This document shows, in pieces, positions 27,876-36,650 of a stretch of DNA of 64,000 bases. The notes under the pieces are model-generated. The model was not told the origin of the DNA. It searched no databases and saw only the letters and a list, made by a program, of their open reading frames with translations. Source of the stretch: a virus. Its lineage: Duplodnaviria > Caudoviricetes. The first letter of the stretch is position 1, and each line of letters opens with the position of its first letter. The stretch covers positions 96,001 through 160,000 of IMG/VR virus record IMGVR_UViG_3300025150_000002. One strand, written 5' to 3'. The translations under genes and the position numbers were made by a program.

Positions 27876-28235
27876 ATGAGCCTTAGAGACGATCTTCCAA
27901 AGCGGTCCATCACCAATGCGTTCCTGATTTGGCGTGTTCCTCGGACCATGCCGATCGAGCTGTCGATGTTGCTGAAGAACATCGCTGAGGACATTGAGAC
28001 TGCGAGCGAGGAGTGTAACTTCGACTATGCGTTCTTCTCGCGTCGCGAGAAGCCGGAGAGGTCCATCAAGTTCCTGCTTCAGCGAAACCTCCTGACGAGA
28101 GAGGGAGGCCTGATCTCTCGCAACGCAAGAACGAAGCGCTACGTGGACCGACTTCCCGCTGGCGTCGTCAAGCTCGTCGACAGGCTCCCGATCGGAGACC
28201 CGCTAACGCTACTTGCCGGGGCGGGCGACGAGTGA
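27876..28235 (+). CDS. hypothetical protein
   Basis: Preceded by GGGTATAA motif; stop overlaps next start. Confidence 0.65.
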   Translation: MSLRDDLPKRSITNAFLIWRVPRTMPIELSMLLKNIAEDIETASEECNFDYAFFSRREKPERSIKFLLQRNLLTREGGLISRNARTKRYVDRLPAGVVKLVDRLPIGDPLTLLAGAGDE

Positions 28236-28615
28236 CGGAGCTGAGTGTCTGCGAGCGCCACCTTCTGATGAAGGCAATGATCGTGCGACGAGTGCCGAAC
28301 GTGGTTTGGATAAAAAGCCAGTTGCTGATGGAGGCGCTTCAGGCCGACTACGAGTTGGTCCGGTCTAAAACTCCAGAGTATTACTACGCAGAGTGGAACT
28401 GGTGGATAAGCCGTGAGGTTGATGAGTGCATTGAGCAGGAGTTGATCTCAGACGGCATCAACAAGAAGACAGGCAAAGGGCCCACGAACCACGGATTCAC
28501 CAGAACAAGCTTGGGAAACACCTACCTCAGGACGCTAGAGCCTAGACTCGCTGAGGCCCTGGACTTTATGCCGATGTCGGATGTCGGTGTACTGGACTTC
28601 CTCAGCCTGATCTAG
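28232..28615 (+). CDS. hypothetical protein
   Basis: GTGA overlap with the upstream gene. Confidence 0.6.
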   Translation: MTELSVCERHLLMKAMIVRRVPNVVWIKSQLLMEALQADYELVRSKTPEYYYAEWNWWISREVDECIEQELISDGINKKTGKGPTNHGFTRTSLGNTYLRTLEPRLAEALDFMPMSDVGVLDFLSLI

Positions 28616-28654
28616 GACCGAACATCAATCTCCGCAGGTATAAGCTCGTGGGAG

Positions 28655-29506
28655 GTGAGCGTGACCGACTCCAAACCACGTAAGCACAGGCTTTTCATTG
28701 TTGGCGGCAAGGGCAGGAACGTGCCGCCGTGGCTCTCTGCAGCCTTCGACTACGAACAGTTCGAACAGGATCACGCGAAGACCAGAACGCTAGAGCCTAG
28801 CGTCCGACCAGACGCGGTGGTTGTTCTTAGCTCGTGGGTGGGTCATGAACACTTCTACGGGGCGCGAGACCTCGCGGGGAGGCTGAGCATCCCCATGATC
28901 CTCTCACCTGGAGGGTGGTCTACATCACTAAAGGCGGCTGCTGACCTTGGCATCGAATGGTTCATCAAGGACATCGAGCGGGCGCGCACATCCGGCGGAC
29001 TACCAACCCCAACGGTCGAGGCGCTCGACGAGTTCGTCGACAACGCCTGGCGTGAGGCCTACAATCGAGAGTGGGCAGCCCGCGAGGCTCTCACCCAGCG
29101 TTACGCTAAGGAGCGTAAGCGATCAGAGCGCCTTGAGGCCGAGCTCACCAAGCTCAAGGTGACGGAGGCAGCCGCCCAACGTGTCATAGCCGAGATCCGC
29201 GCAGCGGCGGCCCTCCAGCGAGCTGAGATGGAGCGGCACAACGAAGAGGTCCAGCATCGCAGTGCCCGAGTAGCGGACGCGCTGGCCGAGCACATGAACA
29301 CTATGAAGGAGCTATTCGAGTCGGTCGACGAGACTCACGCAATGCTAGTCAAAACTACATCACATGTGCACGGCGTGAGAAACGACGCTCAGAGGAAGAT
29401 GGATTTCCTGAGGGCCGCACTCAAGGTCGCCGAAGAGGGCACCCCGTCTCGCATCGTAGCGACAGAGTCTCCTATATCTGCTTCCAATTTGGAGATGGGC
29501 TCGTAG
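28655..29506 (+). CDS. DUF2325-like domain plus coiled-coil protein
   Basis: LFIVGG...VVVLSSWVGH N-domain resembles DUF2325; long heptad-like C-half; GGAGG RBS. Confidence 0.6.
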   Translation: MSVTDSKPRKHRLFIVGGKGRNVPPWLSAAFDYEQFEQDHAKTRTLEPSVRPDAVVVLSSWVGHEHFYGARDLAGRLSIPMILSPGGWSTSLKAAADLGIEWFIKDIERARTSGGLPTPTVEALDEFVDNAWREAYNREWAAREALTQRYAKERKRSERLEAELTKLKVTEAAAQRVIAEIRAAAALQRAEMERHNEEVQHRSARVADALAEHMNTMKELFESVDETHAMLVKTTSHVHGVRNDAQRKMDFLRAALKVAEEGTPSRIVATESPISASNLEMGS

Positions 29507-29518
29507 AATACGAGCCCA

Positions 29519-30241
29519 GTGTCCGACCCCGGCGAACCTCCATACCTTCCTATCAGCTCAGCTATCTACTGCGGTGACGCTTTCAGGCTCATCAAGCAGG
29601 TGGAGCCAGGGTCTGTACGTCTGCTCTTAACGGACCCACCATACGAAATCAGCCAGGACAACAACCTACACACGATGGGCCGCCGGGGTATCGACTTCGG
29701 AACATGGGACCACGTGTTCGATCAGACCGGGTGGCTTGAGGACGCGGTACGCACCTTGATGAAGGGCGGGTCGTTGGTGGTCTTCAACGACTGGAAACTG
29801 CTCGGAATAATTGCGGCACACCTGCAGTCCCTCGGGATGGTGGTGAAGCGCCAACTTATATGGCGCAAATGTAATCCCATGCCACGCAACATCTTACGCG
29901 TTCCGGTTCAGGCTAGCGAGTTCGCTCTGTGGGCCGTGAAGCCAAAGGGTAGGTGGGTCTTCCACAAACGCCCAGACCGACCCTACGAGCGTGGCGAGTT
30001 CGACTACCCTGTAGTTCGTGGGTCGCCGCACCCGACGAAGAAACCTGATGGCCTGTTCCAAGACATCATTGAGATGTTCAGTGATGAGGGGGACCTTGTT
30101 CTGGACCCGTTCGCGGGTTCGGGCACAACGGCCGTCGCAGCTCAGCGCACGAGGAGACGCCACATCAGCTTCGAAAACGACCCTAACTACTACGACCTTG
30201 CTGTAGCAGCACTTGAAAAAGTGATTCCAGTCAAGCGGTAA
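29519..30241 (+). CDS. DNA amino-methyltransferase (beta class, likely N6-A)
   Basis: LLTDPPY before HPTKKP and VLDPFAGSGTT. Confidence 0.92.
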   Translation: MSDPGEPPYLPISSAIYCGDAFRLIKQVEPGSVRLLLTDPPYEISQDNNLHTMGRRGIDFGTWDHVFDQTGWLEDAVRTLMKGGSLVVFNDWKLLGIIAAHLQSLGMVVKRQLIWRKCNPMPRNILRVPVQASEFALWAVKPKGRWVFHKRPDRPYERGEFDYPVVRGSPHPTKKPDGLFQDIIEMFSDEGDLVLDPFAGSGTTAVAAQRTRRRHISFENDPNYYDLAVAALEKVIPVKR

Positions 30242-30261
30242 ACAGAGAATATGCAGGAGTG

Positions 30262-30378
30262 GTGACTGTGAGACACGGAGACCGACGGAAGACTCTTACT
30301 GCTCCAGAGTACGCAGCCTGGTCGGCCATGCGATCACGCTGTAGTGGCGTTGGTATTGGCGCATGGGAAGACGCATGA
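30262..30378 (+). pseudogene. truncated remnant of a phage HNH-associated endonuclease
   Basis: RHG...TAPEYAAWSAMRSRC matches the common HG..T.EY..W..M..RC phage nuclease motif, then stops after 38 aa. Confidence 0.55.
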
Positions 30379-30446
30379 TTCCCCCAGCAGCACACCTCAC
30401 CGGGGGCACCACCGGTAAGTTCATCGTCGTCGAAGGCAACATCGGG
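30375..30446 (+). pseudogene. relic 5' end of deoxynucleoside kinase, fused in frame to the HNH ORF
   Basis: MIPPAAHLTGGTTGKFIVVEGNIG versus downstream dNK MPIDIPAACSHLSDAQRGAFIVVEGNVG. Confidence 0.85.
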
Positions 30447-30500
30447 CCTGTTGACGACGGTATGGCGTCAATGTTACCTTCTCGTCTTCGGAGGTGGCAG

Positions 30501-31004
30501 ATGTCGCAAAGGCAGCGAAAGCCTTGGACCGAGGACCGTAAGCGCCAAGCGGTCGACCTCTACGAGACTGGCGTCTCAATGCATGCCGTGGCCAGAGCCA
30601 TGGTCACGTCGGTGCGCCATGTTCATCGTGTGCTGAACGAGCGCGGTGTGGTCAGGTCGAAGTCAGACCTTTACCGAGGAGACGGAAACCCGGCCTGGAA
30701 AGACGGTAGGCGCGTCGTTGGCGGCTATGTCTACCTCTACAGACCCGAGAGTCCGATGGCGACAGAGGCCGGCTACGTGGCTGAGCATCGGCTAGTCGTA
30801 TCTGAGTCTGTTGGTCGTCCTCTCAAGCGTGGTGAGGTCGTGCATCACAAGAATGGCGACAAGGCAGATAACCGACTGGAGAACTTGGAACTCTTTGCGT
30901 CGAACGCCGAGCATCTGCGTCACGAGCTAACGGGCCGGTGCCCGGAATGGACCGAAGACGGGAAGCGGCGCCTCCGAGAGGCGCGCAACAGAGGTCGGGG
31001 GTAG
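30501..31004 (+). CDS. HNH homing endonuclease with HTH
   Basis: GYVAEHRLVV...VVHHKNGDKADNRLENLEL; GGAGG before ATG 30501. Confidence 0.9.
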   Translation: MSQRQRKPWTEDRKRQAVDLYETGVSMHAVARAMVTSVRHVHRVLNERGVVRSKSDLYRGDGNPAWKDGRRVVGGYVYLYRPESPMATEAGYVAEHRLVVSESVGRPLKRGEVVHHKNGDKADNRLENLELFASNAEHLRHELTGRCPEWTEDGKRRLREARNRGRG

Positions 31005-31009
31005 CAGCG

Positions 31010-31711
31010 ATGCCGATTGACATACCCGCTGCTTGCTCACATCTGAGCGACGCGCAGCGAGGCGCTTTCATAGTCGTAGAAGGGAATGTGGGGGTTGGCA
31101 AAAGCTCGTTCAGCGAATCACTGACTCGGCTTCGCGGCGAAGGTGCGCAGCTGTTCCCCGAGCCAGTTGATCGGCCCGCCTTCCGTGTGCTCCTCGACCG
31201 CTACTACAAAGAACCCGCACGCTGGGGATTCACGTTCCAGATGTACGCGCTCAAGGAGCGGTTCAAGCAGCACACCCTCGCAGCGGAACTTGTAGCCCAC
31301 GGGATCGACGTAGTCCAGGACAGGAGTATCTACGCTGACGGCTGCTTCGGTCGCCTCGTCCACCTCGACAAGAATATGACCGTAGAGGAGTGGGACATCT
31401 ACGCTGAGACCTTCGGCGCGCTCAAGCGCTTTCTGCGCTACCCCGATCTACTTGTCTACCTACGGGCCGATCCGGAGATTTGCCATGATCGAACCAAACG
31501 GCGAGGACGCAAGGAGGAGTCGGGTGTCCCTCTCGATTACCTGAGACGCCTGCACGACGAACACGAAGCCCTGGTGGATGCCATGAGTCGCTTCACTCGT
31601 GTAGTCACCTTCGACTGGAACGAGTTCCAGGAGGCTGATCTGGTCAATGGGAAAATCGACGAGGCGCTCAACGAAGAAGTGCGGTTCATGCGTGATTTCA
31701 CGCGACTGTAA
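31010..31711 (+). CDS. deoxynucleoside kinase (dNK family)
   Basis: VEGNVGVGKS, QDRSIYAD, YLRADPEIC..R..RGR..E. Confidence 0.93.
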   Translation: MPIDIPAACSHLSDAQRGAFIVVEGNVGVGKSSFSESLTRLRGEGAQLFPEPVDRPAFRVLLDRYYKEPARWGFTFQMYALKERFKQHTLAAELVAHGIDVVQDRSIYADGCFGRLVHLDKNMTVEEWDIYAETFGALKRFLRYPDLLVYLRADPEICHDRTKRRGRKEESGVPLDYLRRLHDEHEALVDAMSRFTRVVTFDWNEFQEADLVNGKIDEALNEEVRFMRDFTRL

Positions 31712-31725
31712 GGCTGGAGGCACTG

Positions 31726-32181
31726 ATGAACATCTTCTTACGTGGGGACCGGGCAGTCCCCATAATCATCGCCAAGAGGCTTATCCGAAAAGAACCGAAG
31801 ATCACCAAAACCCGCCGATTCGTCGGGTTTAGGCAGGGGTTCGGTACCTTGGTCTACAAAGCGATCGAGGTCTTACAGGAGTGCTTCTGGGACGAGGAGC
31901 AGGATGTCGAGGACCTGGGCGAGAGCGAGGTTGTCCATTACGCCATCGACGTAATGGATGATCCCGGCTCAGGTGCTCCGGAGCTCGTGGTCACCAAACT
32001 CCACGGTAAGGCTCGTCCAGGGTGTGGCGTCTACTGTGAGGTGATAACCCCAGTCCTGGAGGACGATGATCGGTCTGATCATCCTTACGCCCCGAACTCG
32101 GAGTTGAGTGGGGCCAAGCTAGTCCAGCCCAAAAAGCAGAGGCCTGGTCACACGGGGCCGCTACCTCCGCCGCAGATCTAG
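31726..32181 (+). CDS. hypothetical protein
   Basis: GGAGG RBS, 151 aa. Confidence 0.6.
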   Translation: MNIFLRGDRAVPIIIAKRLIRKEPKITKTRRFVGFRQGFGTLVYKAIEVLQECFWDEEQDVEDLGESEVVHYAIDVMDDPGSGAPELVVTKLHGKARPGCGVYCEVITPVLEDDDRSDHPYAPNSELSGAKLVQPKKQRPGHTGPLPPPQI

Positions 32182-32183
32182 CG

Positions 32184-32216
32184 ATGGAGCTCATGCGTGT
32201 ATGGTGCGGCCCATGA
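32184..32216 (+). pseudogene. relic 5' end of thymidine kinase
   Basis: MELMRVWCGP* versus tdk MQMLKVFCGPM; its TGA overlaps the ATG of the LAGLIDADG gene. Confidence 0.7.
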
Positions 32217-33067
32217 GCCACAGTCCAAGGCCGATCATCTATCCTGAGATGGGTCGAGAGCTCGCCTACTTCCTCGGCCTCTTCCTCGCAGACGGCTGTT
32301 TCGAGCGCCGAGGCCGGGACTACGATTACAGCACTGTTGCCATCTCTCTGCGCGAGTCGGATGGTTACATCCTTGATGAACTAGGTGAGTGGTTGAGCGG
32401 ATACAAGCTGCGTCCTCGGCTGGGACAAATGAAGAGGGGTCCATCGGCATCAGCCGCAGCCGAGGATCGCAAAAGGTTGCGGTTACACTCAAAACTCTTT
32501 GTCGAGTACCTGACTTCAGAGCTCGGAATCCCAGTGCAGAACAAGGGCAAGCTTATGGGAATGCCGTCTCAGATCAACAATGAGATGGCTTCAGACTTCA
32601 TTCGTGGGGTGTTCGACGGCGATGGTCACATCGCCTATCTTCCAAGTGGAAAGTTCTACGTATGTACTATGGGAGCGCTACTGCTACTGGAGGACATAGC
32701 GCGCAAGCTGGCCGAATTGACCAGTGTTAGGCTATTAAGGCCGACAAAGCACAATTCTGGGGATGTTCACATCCTGCACTATTACAGTCGCGCCGAAGCC
32801 CACGCCGTGTGCGAATTTCTCTACCAGGACCACCCGAGGTTCTTCATGGATCGAAAGCGCAATACCTGGCTGAGCTTTGTCGAGGAGAGATCATTGCCCA
32901 TCAAGCGACCCGTTCGGTGGGATGACGATGAGACGGAAAGACTTATGGCGCTCAAGCAAGATCGCACGAGCCATGGGGTGATAGCCGAGGTCCTGGGTAG
33001 ATCAACCGCGTCTGTGACACAGCGCCTCCACGCCCTGAGAAAGTCGGGAACCTATGCAGATGCTTAA
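32213..33067 (+). CDS. free-standing double-motif LAGLIDADG homing endonuclease
   Basis: LAYFLGLFLADGCF and DFIRGVFDGDGHI; C-terminal HTH/Myb-like segment. Confidence 0.92.
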   Translation: MSHSPRPIIYPEMGRELAYFLGLFLADGCFERRGRDYDYSTVAISLRESDGYILDELGEWLSGYKLRPRLGQMKRGPSASAAAEDRKRLRLHSKLFVEYLTSELGIPVQNKGKLMGMPSQINNEMASDFIRGVFDGDGHIAYLPSGKFYVCTMGALLLLEDIARKLAELTSVRLLRPTKHNSGDVHILHYYSRAEAHAVCEFLYQDHPRFFMDRKRNTWLSFVEERSLPIKRPVRWDDDETERLMALKQDRTSHGVIAEVLGRSTASVTQRLHALRKSGTYADA

Positions 33068-33659
33068 AGTCTTCTGCGGTCCGATGTGCGCCGCCAAAAC
33101 CACCGGGGCACTACACGCGGCACGGCGCTATGCCCGTCATGGGAAGCGCGTGGTCTTGATAAGACCGGCCGGTAGTCGCCGTGCTCACGAGGGCGATCCT
33201 GAGGCTCTGTCGACCAAGAATGGTGAGTCGTTTCCTAGCTTCGACGTAGAGCGGGTCGAGGACATCTTCGAGCGCTCACGGGGTGCAGACGTAGTCTGGC
33301 TCGACGAGCCGAACCACTTCAGGCACGAGTCTAGGTTATTGCACATCATCCCTGAGATAAGAAGGTCGTCCATTATCCTTGTCTCCGGTCTAGGGGCCAC
33401 ATCAGAGCTAGAGCCCTTTGGAAGCTCAATGCCGTTCTTTCTTGCTACGGCCGATGATGTGCAATGGAGGTCGGCAGACTGCGACCTCTGCCAAACCCAC
33501 GGTACAGCGACAAGGAGCCTCTACATCGGAGAGGCTCCTAAGTCAGGTCAGTTGAAGGCCGGTGGAGCGGAGAGCTATAGACCCGTGTGTCCGAAGTGCT
33601 GGACGTCCGCAACGGCGCTCAGCCCATCAGAGCGATGGGCCGTGTTCGCCGCGTCCTAG
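33054..33659 (+). CDS. tdk: thymidine kinase
   Basis: CGPMCAAKT, VWLDEPNHF, VSGL, CDLC...YRPVCPKCW lasso/zinc motif. Confidence 0.92.
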   Translation: MQMLKVFCGPMCAAKTTGALHAARRYARHGKRVVLIRPAGSRRAHEGDPEALSTKNGESFPSFDVERVEDIFERSRGADVVWLDEPNHFRHESRLLHIIPEIRRSSIILVSGLGATSELEPFGSSMPFFLATADDVQWRSADCDLCQTHGTATRSLYIGEAPKSGQLKAGGAESYRPVCPKCWTSATALSPSERWAVFAAS

Positions 33660-34327
33660 TCCTCATCCTCGTCGTGGATCAGGCGATAGCCGATAGCCTT
33701 ATCACCGACGCTCTCATCGGCGAGCCTGGCCTGACGGGCGCTCTGAATCGGAACTCCCTTGTTCCTCAAAGAGTTCACCTTCGTCGACACGTGGTCGGCT
33801 GCGGGTAGGGCACCCATTCGGACCAGCAGCTTCGGCGTAGTGAACATCGGCCACCGCTGGATGAGGATGTCCACGAACTGCTGCTCCTTCTCGGAGAGAT
33901 CTCGTGTGGGCGTGAACGACCCGGGGTAGCCCTTCGCCTTGGCGGGGCCGGAGGCGTTGGTCCGCTGTGCGACCTTCTGCTTCTTGGCCGGAGGCTTCTT
34001 GGCCGGAGGCTTCTTGGTCGACTTCTTGGCGGCCACCGCCTCCTTCGGCTTCGCAACGGCGAACTGGTCCGCCTGCTTGTCCACCTGCTTGTCACGAGAC
34101 ACCACGACCAGTCGCTCCAGGTCGGCGCTGAACCCGTGGATCTCCGACTGCTGGTCGATGTAGTCCTCTAGTGTGCATAGGACGTCGAGCATCCTCGCCG
34201 CTCGGGCCGCCGCAGCGTCTGAGAGCTGCGCCGTCAGCTCGGCGATGACGGCCGCGCTCTCCTCATCCTCCGAGACGAACTGGCGAAGAGCCAGCAGGGT
34301 GTCACGAGTGCTCATGTACTTGTTCAC
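33656..34327 (-). CDS. hypothetical DNA-binding protein (Lys/Pro-rich linker, C-terminal winged helix)
   Basis: KKPPAKK repeats; VSTKVNSLRNKGVPIQS..GYRL wHTH-like end; GGAGG before GTG 34327. Confidence 0.65.
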   Translation of the reverse strand: MNKYMSTRDTLLALRQFVSEDEESAAVIAELTAQLSDAAAARAARMLDVLCTLEDYIDQQSEIHGFSADLERLVVVSRDKQVDKQADQFAVAKPKEAVAAKKSTKKPPAKKPPAKKQKVAQRTNASGPAKAKGYPGSFTPTRDLSEKEQQFVDILIQRWPMFTTPKLLVRMGALPAADHVSTKVNSLRNKGVPIQSARQARLADESVGDKAIGYRLIHDEDED

Positions 34328-34329
34328 GA

Positions 34330-35184
34330 TTATTCCTCCGTGGGGGTTGGGGTGCCTGACAGGTCGTTTATACCCAAGGCCCAACACCTCCGAAGTGCGG
34401 CAATGACGCCTTCGCTCAAATCGTAACCGAGCGACCTCATTCCGCGACTGGAAGCCGCGTAGCACGTCGTTCCTCCGCCTACGAACGGGTCGAATACCGT
34501 TGATCCGGTCGGAATCCCGCTAACAGTTATGAGCTTTACGGCGAGCTCAAGAGGAAATTCGTGCCTGTGCATCTTCTTGGTCGTCGACCCAGTCGTCTCA
34601 TACGGCAAGTACCAGATATCGCCAGGACAATGAACAGCATCAGATGCGCTTTTCCACCGCTTGATGTTCGTCTTGTCGGCGTAGGCGACGCCCACACCCT
34701 TGGCTTTTCTGTTGAGCGGAACGGCGCTCTTCTCGGGTTGCTTGATGAAGCAGATCACGTACTCCCAGCAGTAGTTGAGTAGGTGGTCTGAGTTGATCGG
34801 CTGGAAATGTCCCCGCGATACCACCTCAGTTCGCGCCTTGTTCCCACAGGACTCGCATTTCTCGACCCATCCGCCCACAGCGATGGACTTGACCCAGATG
34901 ATCGTCTGGCCGGGCGCCAGTTGACCGCCTCCTCCAGCAAGGATCTCTCGTTGAACATCGAACGGTCTATCGAGCTTCTCCTTGATCTGCCCGAAGATCA
35001 CGTAGGCGCGGCCGCCCGGCTTCAGGGTCCGGGCGAACACACCACCCAACTTACGCATAAGCTCATCGGTGTAGCCGTTCCTCTTGAAGTAGGGTGGACT
35101 GGTGATGATCAAGTCACAGCTGAGATCCTGAACCTCAGGACAGCCGTCTGCCACATCACCCACGTAGAATGAACCTTTAGCCAC
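34330..35184 (-). CDS. DNA amino-methyltransferase (beta class, likely N4-C)
   Basis: IITSPPY, HEFPLEL, VFDPFVGGGTT. Confidence 0.9.
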   Translation of the reverse strand: MAKGSFYVGDVADGCPEVQDLSCDLIITSPPYFKRNGYTDELMRKLGGVFARTLKPGGRAYVIFGQIKEKLDRPFDVQREILAGGGGQLAPGQTIIWVKSIAVGGWVEKCESCGNKARTEVVSRGHFQPINSDHLLNYCWEYVICFIKQPEKSAVPLNRKAKGVGVAYADKTNIKRWKSASDAVHCPGDIWYLPYETTGSTTKKMHRHEFPLELAVKLITVSGIPTGSTVFDPFVGGGTTCYAASSRGMRSLGYDLSEGVIAALRRCWALGINDLSGTPTPTEE

Positions 35185-35277
35185 GGGAGCACCTCCGAGT
35201 TCTCATACTACAGGCCTACTCGCCGGAGTACAAGTCCGCACCCGACGATTCGTGTAGGATCCAGACAGGAGTAAGAG

Positions 35278-35607
35278 ATGGGCAAAATTAGGAGCGGACT
35301 AGAGGCCGGACGTTACGCTTACAGCGCACACTCACTCCTACTATCGGGCGACATCGTAGAGGTGTTTATCGGCAGGTGGGAGACCACGTCCGAGACCTCT
35401 CGCGTCTTGAAGAAATACCCGATAGAGGAGACAGTTGATGAGGGTGAGGTGCTTTGCACGATCAAGCTCCGACGCCCCATCTCACTAGACGAGTATCGAG
35501 AGGTTCACCGACCAGAGATCAGACCGATGGTCCGCAGCGTCGGTGCGGACGTCTCGATGGTCATGCTTCCGGCCAATATGGTCTGCACCATCCCAGATTC
35601 CATGTAG
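35278..35607 (+). CDS. hypothetical protein
   Basis: AGGAG RBS, 109 aa. Confidence 0.6.
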   Translation: MGKIRSGLEAGRYAYSAHSLLLSGDIVEVFIGRWETTSETSRVLKKYPIEETVDEGEVLCTIKLRRPISLDEYREVHRPEIRPMVRSVGADVSMVMLPANMVCTIPDSM

Positions 35608-35616
35608 GAGTTACGT

Positions 35617-35862
35617 ATGAGCGATATGCCCGAGCCAACCCGCATCAAGGTGTCTTTCGGCGTCGACGTCGACATCAAGTTACTGAACGAAATCAAGGCG
35701 CGGCTTGAGAACCTACGTCCTGGGTCGGTGGACTACTGCGTGGAGTGGGACAGGCTCAAGGCCCACTACACCCTTTTCCAGTCACGGCTCGATGGGGAGT
35801 GCTCGGCCTACATGAACATCGCCAAGGAGCAAGCTCGTCAGCTATTCGGCCTCTCCGGGTAG
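35617..35862 (+). CDS. hypothetical protein
   Basis: AGGAG RBS, 81 aa. Confidence 0.6.
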   Translation: MSDMPEPTRIKVSFGVDVDIKLLNEIKARLENLRPGSVDYCVEWDRLKAHYTLFQSRLDGECSAYMNIAKEQARQLFGLSG

Positions 35863-35900
35863 AAGTAGAGGACTAAGGACGCACCCCTAGAAGGACGAAC

Positions 35901-36410
35901 ATGAGCGGTAACATCGGAGTGGAGATGACGGTCCTCCGTCCAGAGGGGCGAGATGACTTGATGAAAGGCATGGTTCTCAGGCGAATTCGAGATGGTGCAC
36001 CCCTAACCCGTAGCCAGCTCGACGTCGCTATCGAGCAAGACATCATCGAGATCCAGCGCCAATGGCGTCAGTTCGACTTCGAGGCCTACACTGGTGTGGA
36101 CCTGGATACCTTCTACAAGGCCATGATGGTCGGGATGCTCCTGAACGAGCGACAGGTCGACGAGAGCACCTCGGTTTACGAGCGCGGTCAGCTTGCAGGT
36201 GAGTTCGAGGCTGGTCTCTCTGACGATATGGAGTGGTTGATCGATTCGCTCCCAATGTCGACGCGTGGGTTCTTCGACAAGCTGAAGCAGAACCCGGAGC
36301 GCGAGATTTCTGCCCAGGAGTTCCTGGACAGTCTCGACAAGACGGTGGTCGAGGATCACCGCAACAAGCTCAAGGGCCCCGACATCTCCGACCACCAGCT
36401 TCGCGCCTAG
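35901..36410 (+). CDS. hypothetical protein
   Basis: AAGGA RBS, strong GC3 bias. Confidence 0.65.
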   Translation: MSGNIGVEMTVLRPEGRDDLMKGMVLRRIRDGAPLTRSQLDVAIEQDIIEIQRQWRQFDFEAYTGVDLDTFYKAMMVGMLLNERQVDESTSVYERGQLAGEFEAGLSDDMEWLIDSLPMSTRGFFDKLKQNPEREISAQEFLDSLDKTVVEDHRNKLKGPDISDHQLRA

Positions 36411-36416
36411 GAGCTC

Positions 36417-36650
36417 TTGGTGTTCCAGGTAAACGACCGAGTCAGAAAGCGATTCTGCTTCGGAGGGACCTCGAAGCGCTTCAACCCTGAGGGTACCGTT
36501 GTCGGCATCAACGGTAGGTGGATCCACGTCTTGCACGACAAACCAGTGTACCCTCAGGGTATGGTAGCTGCTCAGCCAGATAGGTTCGACTATCTGGCTG
36601 AGGAGCTAGAGCACATCAATCCGCTGTTACGGATTGCCTTCGAGAACTAG
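36417..36650 (+). CDS. hypothetical protein
   Basis: AGGAG RBS; ends LLRIAFEN like several small phage ORFs here. Confidence 0.55.
   Translation: MVFQVNDRVRKRFCFGGTSKRFNPEGTVVGINGRWIHVLHDKPVYPQGMVAAQPDRFDYLAEELEHINPLLRIAFEN

Noticed and set aside
29519-35184. Methyltransferases as parts of restriction-modification systems
   Set aside because: No adjacent restriction endonuclease recognised; nearby nucleases are homing-type, so these are treated as orphan MTases.
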